Positions 1 to 10,104 of a stretch of DNA of 64,000 nucleotides are shown here, one piece after another. The notes under the pieces are model-generated. The model searched no databases, had not been told where the DNA came from, and saw nothing but the letters and a program-made list of their open reading frames with translations. Numbering within the stretch: the stretch's first letter is position 1; each line of letters opens with the position of its first letter. The translations under genes and the position numbers were made by a program. This DNA comes from Deltaproteobacteria bacterium (GTDB taxonomy: Bacteria; Myxococcota_A; Polyangia; Polyangiales; Houyiibacteriaceae): contig JAXMNT010000009.1 in assembly GCA_034670305.1 (NCBI GenBank), forward strand, positions 64,001 to 128,000. The letters are read 5' to 3'.

Positions 1-2
1 TG

Positions 3-485
3 CGAGACCGGTTGCCGCTTGGCGCCGTGCCCGAGGGACTGATGGCCGCAACCCTCGAAGAGATGATCGGAGAGACGTTGATCGCCCGAGAGGCAGAGCG
101 CGTCCAGGTCGCTTCGCCCGCGGCCCAGGATTTGGTCGCCGAGCGCCGACGCTTGGCCCAGCAAGCAGGTGGTGAGGCCCGGCTCGAACAGCTGCGTCAG
201 GCGACTGGGGCCTCGCGCGAAGAACTCGAGTCCATCGCCACCCGTCGCGCGCTGGTCCGGGTGTTTCTGGAAGCCAACCTGGAGGGGCAGTCGCGGGTGG
301 ACGACTCGGCGGTGGAGCGCGCGTTCGCCGGTGGTGAACACCCGTTCCTGGGCCAGGAGCTCGAAGATGTCCGTGAAGGCATGCGCGTCTGGCTGACTCA
401 GCAGCGGCTGACGGCCGCGGTGGAGCGGTGGGTCAACGTGCTCCGGGCGCGCACGACCGTGCGGATCGTCGCACCGTACAGCTGA
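3..485 (+). CDS. SurA/PrsA N-terminal-like chaperone domain protein (5' partial)
   Basis: Frame open from the window edge. Helical pattern LEEMIGETLIAREA...WVNVLRARTTVRI resembles SurA/PrsA-type foldase N- and C-terminal helices. Confidence 0.5.
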   Translation, partial: RDRLPLGAVPEGLMAATLEEMIGETLIAREAERVQVASPAAQDLVAERRRLAQQAGGEARLEQLRQATGASREELESIATRRALVRVFLEANLEGQSRVDDSAVERAFAGGEHPFLGQELEDVREGMRVWLTQQRLTAAVERWVNVLRARTTVRIVAPYS

Positions 486-490
486 GGCCC

Positions 491-642
491 GCGATTCCCA
501 AAGCCAGCAGCACTGCGATTCCCGGGGCCAGCAGCACGGCGATTCCCGGGGCCAGGAGCACTGCGATTTCCAGGGCCAGCGCCTGCGAGGCCGAGGCCAG
601 CACCTGCGATTGCGGAGGCCAGCACCTGCGATTCCCGAGGCC
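491..642 (+). repeat. Degenerate 21-24 bp tandem repeat, about 7 units (GCGATTCCCGRRGCCAGCAGCACT-like)
   Basis: Units read directly at 491, 515, 539, 563, 585, 606 and 628; intergenic. Confidence 0.85.
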
Positions 643-696
643 GGCGCTGGCTGCGAGCGTTTGCGCGCTGAGGGAAGATTCGTCAGAGCGTCGCCG

Positions 697-969
697 GTGA
701 CTGGGAACGACAAGCGAATCGCCCGTGGACTCGGCTGGGTGGCCGGCGGCGGGCTCTTGCTCCTCGTGAACTTCGCGGTGGCCCTCGCCGTTTCCCCGCA
801 ATACCCCAACTACCCGGTTCAACCGACCAGCTTCGTGCTCTTCGCGGCCGGGGCCTTCGGTGGCATGTGGGCGGCGGACAAGCTCGGAAACCGCGCCCTC
901 AAGGTGATGGGGTTGACCACTGGCGTGGTGCTCGCGCTCTTTCTTCTGCTGTTCGTTCTCTCACGCTGA
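697..969 (+). CDS. Small membrane protein, about 3 TM helices
   Basis: GTG at 697 in the 610..969 frame; three hydrophobic segments. Confidence 0.6.
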   Translation: MTGNDKRIARGLGWVAGGGLLLLVNFAVALAVSPQYPNYPVQPTSFVLFAAGAFGGMWAADKLGNRALKVMGLTTGVVLALFLLLFVLSR

Positions 970-1098
970 CCCAAGACCCGGTCGGCTCCGCGGTTCAGAA
1001 TGTGGACCGCCAAGACAAGGTGGGTGAATGTGCTACAGCGGGCCTGCCGAGCGTGCATTCGCACCTGGGCGTAGCCGCTTTTTGAGCCGAGGCCAAAC

Positions 1099-2442
<1,344 letters not shown>

Positions 2443-2449
2443 GCGGCCC

Positions 2450-3070
2450 GTGTTGCGACCAGCCAGTCTGATCTGCGCGCTCGCGCTTGCGTGTTCGCCT
2501 TCCACCACCGACGTGCGTGAGGCGGCGGGACCGCATTCGTGCCTCGCGCCCCCCGATGGGTCCCCCGCGCGGAACGAAGCGCTGCGGGTGGTCGGCCAGA
2601 CCCTCTACGCCGCCCTGCACGAGGGCACCCCGGAGCAGGTTCTTTTCGACGACGCGGCCGTGAACGCACTGCTCACGCCGAACGCCGCTACCCGCGCCCG
2701 AGCCTTGCGGGCGGGCCTCTCGACCCGGCTTCAGATCGAGCCGGTTCGGTTTCAGGTCCTGGGCGATGCGTCCCCCGACGCGATCTGTGTTCAGGGCACC
2801 CGCATCGCGGAGCCGGGCGATGTGCAGTTCGGCAACCAAGACCGCGCCTGGGTGTTCGAGCGGGCCCTCATCAGCGGGGAGCAGCCTGGCGGGCGCAAAG
2901 TGGCCGCGTGGGTCGAAGGAACCTTCGTTTTTACCGACGCAGGCTTCGGAGCCATCGATTTGACCCGCGTCGAGTCTCCGCGGTGGGAACACAGCGATCT
3001 GGAGCTCGCCACCTGCGATGTGCGGGTATCACTCTCTACACCACAAGATGTAGTGGTGGCCACGGACTGA
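2450..3070 (+). CDS. Putative lipoprotein
   Basis: GTG at 2450 just after the upstream stop; signal peptide with lipobox LALAC. Confidence 0.55.
   Translation: MLRPASLICALALACSPSTTDVREAAGPHSCLAPPDGSPARNEALRVVGQTLYAALHEGTPEQVLFDDAAVNALLTPNAATRARALRAGLSTRLQIEPVRFQVLGDASPDAICVQGTRIAEPGDVQFGNQDRAWVFERALISGEQPGGRKVAAWVEGTFVFTDAGFGAIDLTRVESPRWEHSDLELATCDVRVSLSTPQDVVVATD
3041..3056. promoter_or_regulatory. Candidate NrdR box upstream of smc
   Basis: CCACAAGATGTAGTGG matches the 16-bp consensus acaCwAtATaTwGtgt at all core positions. Confidence 0.5.
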
Positions 3071-3228
3071 GACCCACTGTCACTCGCGTATGCAGTTGCT
3101 TTGAGGGCTCAAGCCTTGTAATCCAGGAAGACTGACCGTGGATGCGTCCTTCGAGGACGACACGATGGATTACGCCCACCGCTGCGTGGGCTCGTGTGGG
3201 CAGATCGTCCACTCGAAGGAGCGCCGAA

Positions 3229-6200
3229 GTGAAGATCAAGAAGCTCGAAATCGTCGGCTTCAAGTCGTTCGTCGAACAGACGATCGTCCATTTCGACCAC
3301 GACGTGACCGGCATCGTCGGTCCGAACGGGTGCGGAAAGAGCAACGTCGTCGACGCGATCAAGTGGGTGATGGGCGAGCAGTCCCCCTCCCGCCTGCGCG
3401 GCAAGGCGATGGACGACGTCATCTTCAACGGCAGCGAGAGCCGGGGACCCCACGGGTTCGCGGAGGTCTCCATCACCTTCGACAACACGGACGGCCTGAC
3501 CCCGCCCGAGTACCGCGACTACGCGGAGATCCAGGTCACCCGCCGACTCGATCGGTCCGGGCGCAGCGACTACTCGATCAACCGCACCCCGGTCCGGTTG
3601 ATGGACATCACCAACCTCTTCCTGGGCACCGGCGTCGGCCGGCGCGCGTACTCGATCATCGAGCAGGGCCGCATCGGCTTCATCGTCTCGAGCAAACCCG
3701 CCGACCGGCGCGGCATGATCGAAGAGGCCGCGGGCATCACGAAGTTCAAGGTCCGCAAACGCGCCGCCGAGCGCAAGATGGACCAGACGCGGCAGAACCT
3801 GGTGCGCATCGGGGACATCCTCGGGGAACTCGAGAAGAGCCTCAGCTCGCTCAAGCGTCAGGCCCAAAAGGCCGAGCGGTACACCAAGTACCGCGACGAG
3901 GTCCGCGACCTCGAACTCTATGTGGCGTCGTTCAAGTGGTTCGAACTCGACGGAACGCTCCGCATGATCCGCGGCAGCCTGCACACGGAGCAGGCGCAGG
4001 AAGAGGGCGCCCGACTCGGGCTCCGCGTGCGCGAGGCCGAAGTCGAGGTGGAACGCCTGGGCGTGCAGTCGCTCGGCGATGCGGTCGAATCCGATCAGAA
4101 CCGCGCGTACGAACTCGACAACCGCGTTCGGGTGCTCGAAGGACAGATCCAGCAGTTCGTCGATCGCCTCACCGCGCTCCGTGAGCGCGAAGACCTTGCC
4201 GAACGCGAACTCTCCGAACTCGTTCAGCAGCGCGAGTCGCTTGAGATCGAGCGCGCAAGTCTCGCAGCCGCGCTGCACGAACTCGAAGAGGTCGAGTCGC
4301 AGGCCAAGGAACTCTTCGAGCGCGAGAACGCCGAACTCGAACGCCGGCGCCTTGCGATCGCAGAGGCCGAGCGCGCGGTGAACAACGCGCGCGCCCGCGT
4401 GGGTGACGCGGAGACGCGCCGGGCCCGCGCCGAAGCGGTGTTGGCTGGCTTCGAGCGTCGACGCGCCGAAGGCCGCGAGCGGCTGACGGGCATGCGGACC
4501 CAGAAAGAACAGCTCGAGCAGAAGGTCATCGAACTCGGCCAGGAACGCGACTCGTTCGCGATCCGCATGGAGGCCCTTCGCAGCGGCAAAGCGCAGACCT
4601 CTGCGCGGCGCGACGAAGTGCAGGCCGAACTGGACGAGCTCCGGCGCAAGATCCGCGAGAGCGACGCCGACCTCCAGAAGCTGCGCGACCACCTGGCAGA
4701 GAAACGTTCGCGTCTTCGATCGCTGCGCGAAGTGCAGCAACGTTTCGAGGGTGTCGGCGCCGGTGTCCGCGCCCTGATGACGCACTACGCAGGCGACGAC
4801 GAATCGCGCCGGGCGCGGGGTGTCGTGGGCCTGGTCGCCGACCGGCTCCAGGTGCCGGCGGAGTGGACCGAAGCGCTCGCTGGCGCGCTCGGCGACCGGC
4901 TCCAAGAGATCGTGGTCGAAGACCCGACGCGGGCCCTCGAAGCCGCGCAGTTCTTGGCGGAGCAGCAGGCCGGCCGCGCGACGCTCGTGCCCCGTCGACC
5001 GCGCCGCACCGCCGGTGCGCGCCGTCCACTTCCGCAGAGCGAAGGGGTGCTCGGACGTTTGGCCGACCTGGTCGAGAGCGCGCCGGAGGACGAGACGCTC
5101 GTCCGGCACCTGCTCGGTGAGTTCGTGGTGGTCGAAGATCTCGCGACCGCGCTTCGGCTGCATCGGGCCGGCGTCGAAGACGTCCTGGTGACCCGATCGG
5201 GCGAGCTCTTGGCGCCGGACGGAACGTTCACGGGCGGCGCGGGCGACGAAGCGGGCGCGCACCTGCTCTCGATGAAACGCGAGATCCGCCAGCTCGAGAC
5301 CCAGGTGGCCGAACTCGACGCGACCTTGGGCGATGCGGTGACGCTGCACGGCGAACTTCGCCGAGGCATCGCGCAGCGGCAGGCCGAGATCGACGCGGCG
5401 CGGACCGAAGCCCACGACGCGGAGATCGCGATCGTGAAGGCGGAGAAGGACCTTCGCCGAGCGGACGAGGAGGGCAAAGCCACCTCGAACCGGGCGATCG
5501 AACTCGGCGACCAGATCGATTCGCTCGCCACCGCGCTCGACGAAGCGGGCGAAGAAGAAGCGTCCGCCAAGGAAGAGATCGCGGAGGCCCGCCAGGCCGG
5601 TGAAGACGCGAACCAGGAGCTGGACGCGGCGCAGGCCATCTACGGCGAGCGCAAAGCGTCGGTCGAGGAACAGAACGCGCGGGTCACCGAACTCCGTGTC
5701 CGTGCCGCGCAGGCGCGGGAGCGCGCAGAGTCCGATCGCGGCGCACTCGAGCGGCTCACCCGCTCGGTCGAAGAACTCGACAACCGCGAAGCGCGTTTGC
5801 GCGGAGACGTGCTCGAGAGCGCTCAGGAGCAGGGCCGGGTGACCGGCGAACTCTATGGTGCGCGCGAGACCATGGCGGTCGCGCTCGGTCAGGCGATGGA
5901 AGCGCGGGATCAGGTCGCGCGGGCCCGGGCCCGGTTCGAGAGTGCGCGGCAGGTGCTCGGCGACAGCGAAGTCGGCATCAAGCAGCTGCGCGAGCGGGTG
6001 GAACACCTCGGTCGGAGTGCGCAGAACCTGGCGCTTCAGGAGCGGGAGTTCGCGCTGGAACTGACCCATCTGCTCGAGCAGGTGCAAGAGCGGCACCGCG
6101 TCGATGTGCGGCACGTGCTGTGCGACTACCACGCCCGTCCGCTGCCGACCTCGGAGATCAAACAGCGGGTGTCGGAGCTGCTTCGCCTCATCGAACGCAT

Positions 6201-6843
6201 GGGCCAGATCAACCTGCTCGCGATCGAGGAGTACGACGAGAAGTCGACCCGTTACGAGTACCTCAAGGGCCAGGACGAGGACCTGCAGCAGGCGCTCCGC
6301 ACCCTCGACAAGGCGATTCGCGAGATGAACCGCGAGAGCAAGCGCATGTTCAAAGAAGCGTTCGTCGCCATCAACGAACGGTTCAAGCGCATCTTCCCGG
6401 AGCTCTTCCGAGGCGGCAGCGCAGAGCTCAAACTCTCGGATCCGAACGACATCCTGGAGAGCGGCATCGAGATCGTCGCGCAGCCGCCCGGCAAACGTCT
6501 CGGCTCGCTCGAGCTCATGAGCGGTGGAGAGAAGGCGCTCACCGCGGTCGCGATGATCTTCGCCATCTTCCAGTACAAGCCGAGCCCGTTCTGTCTGCTC
6601 GACGAAGTCGACGCCCCGCTCGACGAAGCGAACATCAGCCGCTTCGCCCAGGCGATCCGTCAGATGACTGACCGCTCGCAGTTCATCGTCATCACGCACA
6701 GCAAGCGGACGATGGAGTACACGGACGTGCTCTACGGCGTGACGATGCAGGAGCCCGGCATCTCGTCGCTCGTCAGCGTCGAACTGCGCGGCGAACAGCG
6801 CCCCCTCCCCGAGAAGCCGGACGCGGACGTCGCGGTCGCCTAG
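3229..6843 (+). CDS. smc: Chromosome segregation protein SMC
   Basis: GFKSF, Walker A GPNGCGKSN, coiled coils, hinge, signature MSGGEK, Walker B LLDEVDAPLD. GTG start preceded by AAGGAG. Confidence 0.97.
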   Translation: MKIKKLEIVGFKSFVEQTIVHFDHDVTGIVGPNGCGKSNVVDAIKWVMGEQSPSRLRGKAMDDVIFNGSESRGPHGFAEVSITFDNTDGLTPPEYRDYAEIQVTRRLDRSGRSDYSINRTPVRLMDITNLFLGTGVGRRAYSIIEQGRIGFIVSSKPADRRGMIEEAAGITKFKVRKRAAERKMDQTRQNLVRIGDILGELEKSLSSLKRQAQKAERYTKYRDEVRDLELYVASFKWFELDGTLRMIRGSLHTEQAQEEGARLGLRVREAEVEVERLGVQSLGDAVESDQNRAYELDNRVRVLEGQIQQFVDRLTALREREDLAERELSELVQQRESLEIERASLAAALHELEEVESQAKELFERENAELERRRLAIAEAERAVNNARARVGDAETRRARAEAVLAGFERRRAEGRERLTGMRTQKEQLEQKVIELGQERDSFAIRMEALRSGKAQTSARRDEVQAELDELRRKIRESDADLQKLRDHLAEKRSRLRSLREVQQRFEGVGAGVRALMTHYAGDDESRRARGVVGLVADRLQVPAEWTEALAGALGDRLQEIVVEDPTRALEAAQFLAEQQAGRATLVPRRPRRTAGARRPLPQSEGVLGRLADLVESAPEDETLVRHLLGEFVVVEDLATALRLHRAGVEDVLVTRSGELLAPDGTFTGGAGDEAGAHLLSMKREIRQLETQVAELDATLGDAVTLHGELRRGIAQRQAEIDAARTEAHDAEIAIVKAEKDLRRADEEGKATSNRAIELGDQIDSLATALDEAGEEEASAKEEIAEARQAGEDANQELDAAQAIYGERKASVEEQNARVTELRVRAAQARERAESDRGALERLTRSVEELDNREARLRGDVLESAQEQGRVTGELYGARETMAVALGQAMEARDQVARARARFESARQVLGDSEVGIKQLRERVEHLGRSAQNLALQEREFALELTHLLEQVQERHRVDVRHVLCDYHARPLPTSEIKQRVSELLRLIERMGQINLLAIEEYDEKSTRYEYLKGQDEDLQQALRTLDKAIREMNRESKRMFKEAFVAINERFKRIFPELFRGGSAELKLSDPNDILESGIEIVAQPPGKRLGSLELMSGGEKALTAVAMIFAIFQYKPSPFCLLDEVDAPLDEANISRFAQAIRQMTDRSQFIVITHSKRTMEYTDVLYGVTMQEPGISSLVSVELRGEQRPLPEKPDADVAVA

Positions 6844-6910
6844 ACGGGCGAGCCGGCGAGCCGGCGAGCCCGTCTCCCTTGCCCTTGCCCCTGCCCTTGC
6901 CCTTGCCCTT
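6842..6910 (+). terminator. Hairpin followed by a (CCCTTG)6 tract after the smc stop
   Basis: AGACGGGC...GCCCGTCT inverted repeat at 6842-6875, then a C-rich hexamer run at 6876-6910. Confidence 0.45.
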
Positions 6911-7006
6911 TGGGTTCAGGTGCGCCGCCCTTGGGTTCGGGTTCAGGTCGGTCTCGGACAACCATCCAGCCGCGACTTCGACCGATCCGGACGGTAGAGT
7001 GCCCAC

Positions 7007-7594
7007 GTGATCGCGCATCGAACCTACGCGGCCGCGGTGCTGTCTTCGGGAATCGCAGTGCTGTCTTCGGGAATCGCAGTGCTGTCTTCGGGAATCGCAG
7101 TGCTGCTCCTCGGCTGCGGCCACACCACCGCAGTCGAAACCACCCGCCTCGCCCCCGAAGTCCCGCAACATGAGTGCGCGCTGGCGGACGGCCAGCTCGT
7201 GCTCCACTTCGACGTCCCCGAAGGCCACGCGCTCGCGACCTCCCCCGAAGCGTGTTTGCTCGCGGACGAGGTCGAAGACAGCTACGCGCTCATCGTCACG
7301 ACCCTCGGCACCGACCAGGTTGGCGCGGAACTGCTCGCGGAAGATCCGAACCGCTTCTTCCAGGAGACCGGCTTGCTGGGGGAAGCGACCCTGGTGGACA
7401 CCGAGCCCACCGAGTGGCTCGGCCTGCCTGCCGAGCGGACCACCTGGAACGCGAACCCGCCGGACGTGGGTCCCACCACCGCGGTGACCCTGGCGGTGCG
7501 CCGAGGCTCTCGCTGGATCATCGGGATCCTCTTCACCGAGCGAGACGAACTCGGTTCCGCCCCGCTGGCAGCGGTGCGACTGCAACCACTCTGA
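7007..7594 (+). CDS. Putative lipoprotein with a repeat-expanded signal peptide
   Basis: Lipobox LLLGC; VLSSGIA x3 in the signal region. Confidence 0.6.
   Translation: MIAHRTYAAAVLSSGIAVLSSGIAVLSSGIAVLLLGCGHTTAVETTRLAPEVPQHECALADGQLVLHFDVPEGHALATSPEACLLADEVEDSYALIVTTLGTDQVGAELLAEDPNRFFQETGLLGEATLVDTEPTEWLGLPAERTTWNANPPDVGPTTAVTLAVRRGSRWIIGILFTERDELGSAPLAAVRLQPL
7037..7105 (+). repeat. 21-bp tandem repeat GTGCTGTCTTCGGGAATCGCA x3.3
   Basis: Perfect copies at 7037, 7058 and 7079. Confidence 0.95.
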
Positions 7595-7603
7595 ACCAGC
7601 GTT

Positions 7604-8095
7604 TCAGACGAACCGTCGAGCGATCTCGAGCGCGTCTCCCGACGCTTCCTCCATCAGCGCGACCGCGTCTTCGTCTTCCTCGAGGCGGGTGACCGTGAGT
7701 CGTCCGTCCTCGCCCAGGACGACGTAGTGGCCGAACTGACCGTGCTGGTCGCGGAAGAGGAGCACCATCGCACCGGTGGCCCCGAACTGCTGGACAGCCC
7801 GTCGAAGCAGTTCCGCGAGCAGGTGGGCCTGGGGGCCTTGGTCGTCGGTGAACACGACGGTCTGTCCGTGGAGGCAGGATGGGTCGAGACCGACCCAATC
7901 GAACGCATCCGACAGCTGAGCCTTCGCGGGAGCAACCCACGTGTTCCCATCCATCAACAGGTCGTGGAAGAGGTCGGAGAGTGCGGGCTCCTCGGTCCAC
8001 CGGTCGAACGGATCCGACCGCCATCTGGCCAGGGCACCATCGGCAAACTCGAGCTGAAACAGGACGAAGTCGAATCCGTACATGGACTTCAGCAT
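7604..8095 (-). CDS. Hypothetical protein
   Basis: 163-aa ORF with globular-protein-like composition; start uncertain. Confidence 0.5.
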   Translation of the reverse strand: MLKSMYGFDFVLFQLEFADGALARWRSDPFDRWTEEPALSDLFHDLLMDGNTWVAPAKAQLSDAFDWVGLDPSCLHGQTVVFTDDQGPQAHLLAELLRRAVQQFGATGAMVLLFRDQHGQFGHYVVLGEDGRLTVTRLEEDEDAVALMEEASGDALEIARRFV

Positions 8096-8145
8096 ACGGC
8101 TGGTCGGTTGCGCGGAACCAGCGAACTGTGCACCCTGTTCGTTGC

Positions 8146-8529
8146 ATGCGTTCCCGCGGCACCATGGCGTTCGTTCTCGGTGTGTTGGCCTTGTCGGTCA
8201 CGGCCAGCGGTGCGTCGTATCTGAAGCGGGCCCATGCGTGTCGGTACATGTCGCTGCCGCAGGCCGTTCGCGCGCCGTGCTGCAGCCTTGGCGGCACGAC
8301 GCGGTTCACGCCTCCGGGCGGCGACTGCTGCAAGCACCTGAACCTCGATGCGTCGGTGCCCGCTGGCACGACGGACTCGGGCGTCGAGGTGCCGATGCCG
8401 ATGGTGGCTGTGGTCACGTTCGCGCCGATGGTGCAGCCCGCCCGCCTCCTCCGAGAAGCGCCCGCGGTTCGCGCCCGGGCGCCGCCACCACGCTGGCGAC
8501 CGACCGACTTCACCGTCCTCCGGATCTGA
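8146..8529 (+). CDS. Cys-rich secreted leader protein with C-terminal RAPP motif (DUF2946/CruR/CutF-like)
   Basis: Signal-like N-terminus, HAC...PCC...DCCKH, then RARAPPP 13 codons before the stop; directly upstream of the metal efflux operon. Confidence 0.6.
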   Translation: MRSRGTMAFVLGVLALSVTASGASYLKRAHACRYMSLPQAVRAPCCSLGGTTRFTPPGGDCCKHLNLDASVPAGTTDSGVEVPMPMVAVVTFAPMVQPARLLREAPAVRARAPPPRWRPTDFTVLRI

Positions 8530-8661
8530 GAGCGGTCCCCGCCGCGCCAAGCGCGCAGGTGGGGATCCGTGCGTCGTGCCCGCGTTCACTGCGTGGCCGC
8601 ACGCCGCTCCTCTGATCGGGCCCGGTGACGGACCCGACCGACGCCGTCCGATGGGCGGCCC

Positions 8662-10104
8662 ATGTCCGGAGTCGTTGTGTCTCGCTGGTTTCTACCCCTT
8701 CTTCCATGCGCGCTTCTCGCGTGTGGTCCCACCTCTTCGCGCCCCGCGCTGGGTCCCGAGTCCCTGGTGTCGCGTTTGTCTTCGGCGCCGGTCGAGCCCG
8801 CGCCGCTCGACGGCAGTCTGGAGACGTATGTCGAACATGCGGTGCTGCGCGCGCCACGCGTTCGCGAAGCCCTCCTGACGTACCAAGCGCAGGCCGCGCG
8901 CATCGACGCGGTGGGCGCCTGGCCGCGTCCCACACTCAGCTACTTTGCGAACGTGCGCCCGGTCGAGACCCGGGTCGGCCCACAGCGGCAACGCGTCGGG
9001 GTGCGGGTGCCGATCGCGTGGCCCGGCGTGCGGCGTTCGCCCCGTGAGGCCGCCGCCCATCGAGCCGCTGCGGCCGCGACCCGCCTCGATGCGCTCGCCC
9101 TCGAGCTGCGTGCCTCGGTGGCGGCGGCGTACTGGCGGGTGTGGTTGGTCGAGCGGCGGGGGGTGCAGCTCGCCGAACAACTCGAGGTCACGCTGGCGCT
9201 TCAGGAGGTCGTGCAGAGCCGCGTCGCGGTGGGCGCGGCGTCGGTCGCCGATGTGCAGCAAGTCGCGCTTCGGGCGGCCCGCATCCAGGACGAACTCCGT
9301 TCCATCGCGCCGGCGCGACGGATGCGCGAAGCGGACTTGCGCGCGGCCATCGGTGGTGCGGCGCTGCCGGAACCCAGCATCGCCGCGTCGCTTCCACCCA
9401 TCCGGCGCATCACGGAGAGTCGCGACGCCCTGCACGCGGCGGTCGCTGCCCGGCCCGAACTCGCGTCGATCGAATCGGAGGCGCTCGCGTTCGAATCCGA
9501 AGCGTCGGGCGCGCGCGCGAGCCGCTACCCGGGGCTCACGGTCGGGCTCGATTGGATGGAGACCGGTCCGGCGCGACAGAGCGGCGTGAACGGAGATGGC
9601 CGCGATGCGCTGTCCGTCGGCTTCATGCTCTCGATCCCGGTGGACGTCTCCGCCGACCGGGCCCGCGCGTCGGCGGCGCTGCTTCAGGCGGCGGCGGTGC
9701 GTTCTCGCGTGGAAGGGTTCACCGTCGACTGGCGCGCCGAGATCGAGCGGCAGTCGGCCACCATCGAAGACACCGCGGCGCGGGTTCGACTGCACGAAGC
9801 CACCTTGCTGCCTCAGGCCCAGGCGGTGTTCGAAGCACGCCTCGGCCGCGCAGCAACCGGGCAGGAGGGTGGGGCGGCCGGCGTGGCGGCGTTGCTCTTG
9901 GCCCAGACGGACCTTCTCCAGATCGGGATCGAGCGGGACGCGCTTCATGCCGAGCACCTGGTGGCCTGGGCGGCGCTCGAACGCGTCGTCGGTCGTCCGG
10001 TGGCCGGCGTGGAGAACGAGCCGCTGGAGACCGCACCGCAGCAAACCCCAGCGCCGCCCACACCAACCGATGAAGCACACGCCGACGACGAGGTGGCCCA
10101 GTGA
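8662..10104 (+). CDS. TolC-family outer membrane efflux lipoprotein (CusC-like)
   Basis: Lipobox LLAC; PVETRVGPQ motif typical of metal-efflux TolC proteins; first gene of the RND operon. Confidence 0.85.
   Translation: MSGVVVSRWFLPLLPCALLACGPTSSRPALGPESLVSRLSSAPVEPAPLDGSLETYVEHAVLRAPRVREALLTYQAQAARIDAVGAWPRPTLSYFANVRPVETRVGPQRQRVGVRVPIAWPGVRRSPREAAAHRAAAAATRLDALALELRASVAAAYWRVWLVERRGVQLAEQLEVTLALQEVVQSRVAVGAASVADVQQVALRAARIQDELRSIAPARRMREADLRAAIGGAALPEPSIAASLPPIRRITESRDALHAAVAARPELASIESEALAFESEASGARASRYPGLTVGLDWMETGPARQSGVNGDGRDALSVGFMLSIPVDVSADRARASAALLQAAAVRSRVEGFTVDWRAEIERQSATIEDTAARVRLHEATLLPQAQAVFEARLGRAATGQEGGAAGVAALLLAQTDLLQIGIERDALHAEHLVAWAALERVVGRPVAGVENEPLETAPQQTPAPPTPTDEAHADDEVAQ

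Noticed and set aside
491-642. CRISPR array interpretation of the 21-24 bp repeats (also 7037, 44098, 44944)
   Set aside because: The units are contiguous with no unique spacers, and there are no cas genes in the window.
3109-6699. Long antisense ORFs (e.g. 3109-6699, 16579-19044, 47379-49826, 51300-53612, 57618-60404)
   Set aside because: Shadow frames of high-GC genes, with no recognisable motifs.
3229-6843. SMC as a Wadjet/Lamassu defence component
   Set aside because: It is a canonical full-length housekeeping SMC with a hinge, and no jet or lmu partner genes are adjacent.
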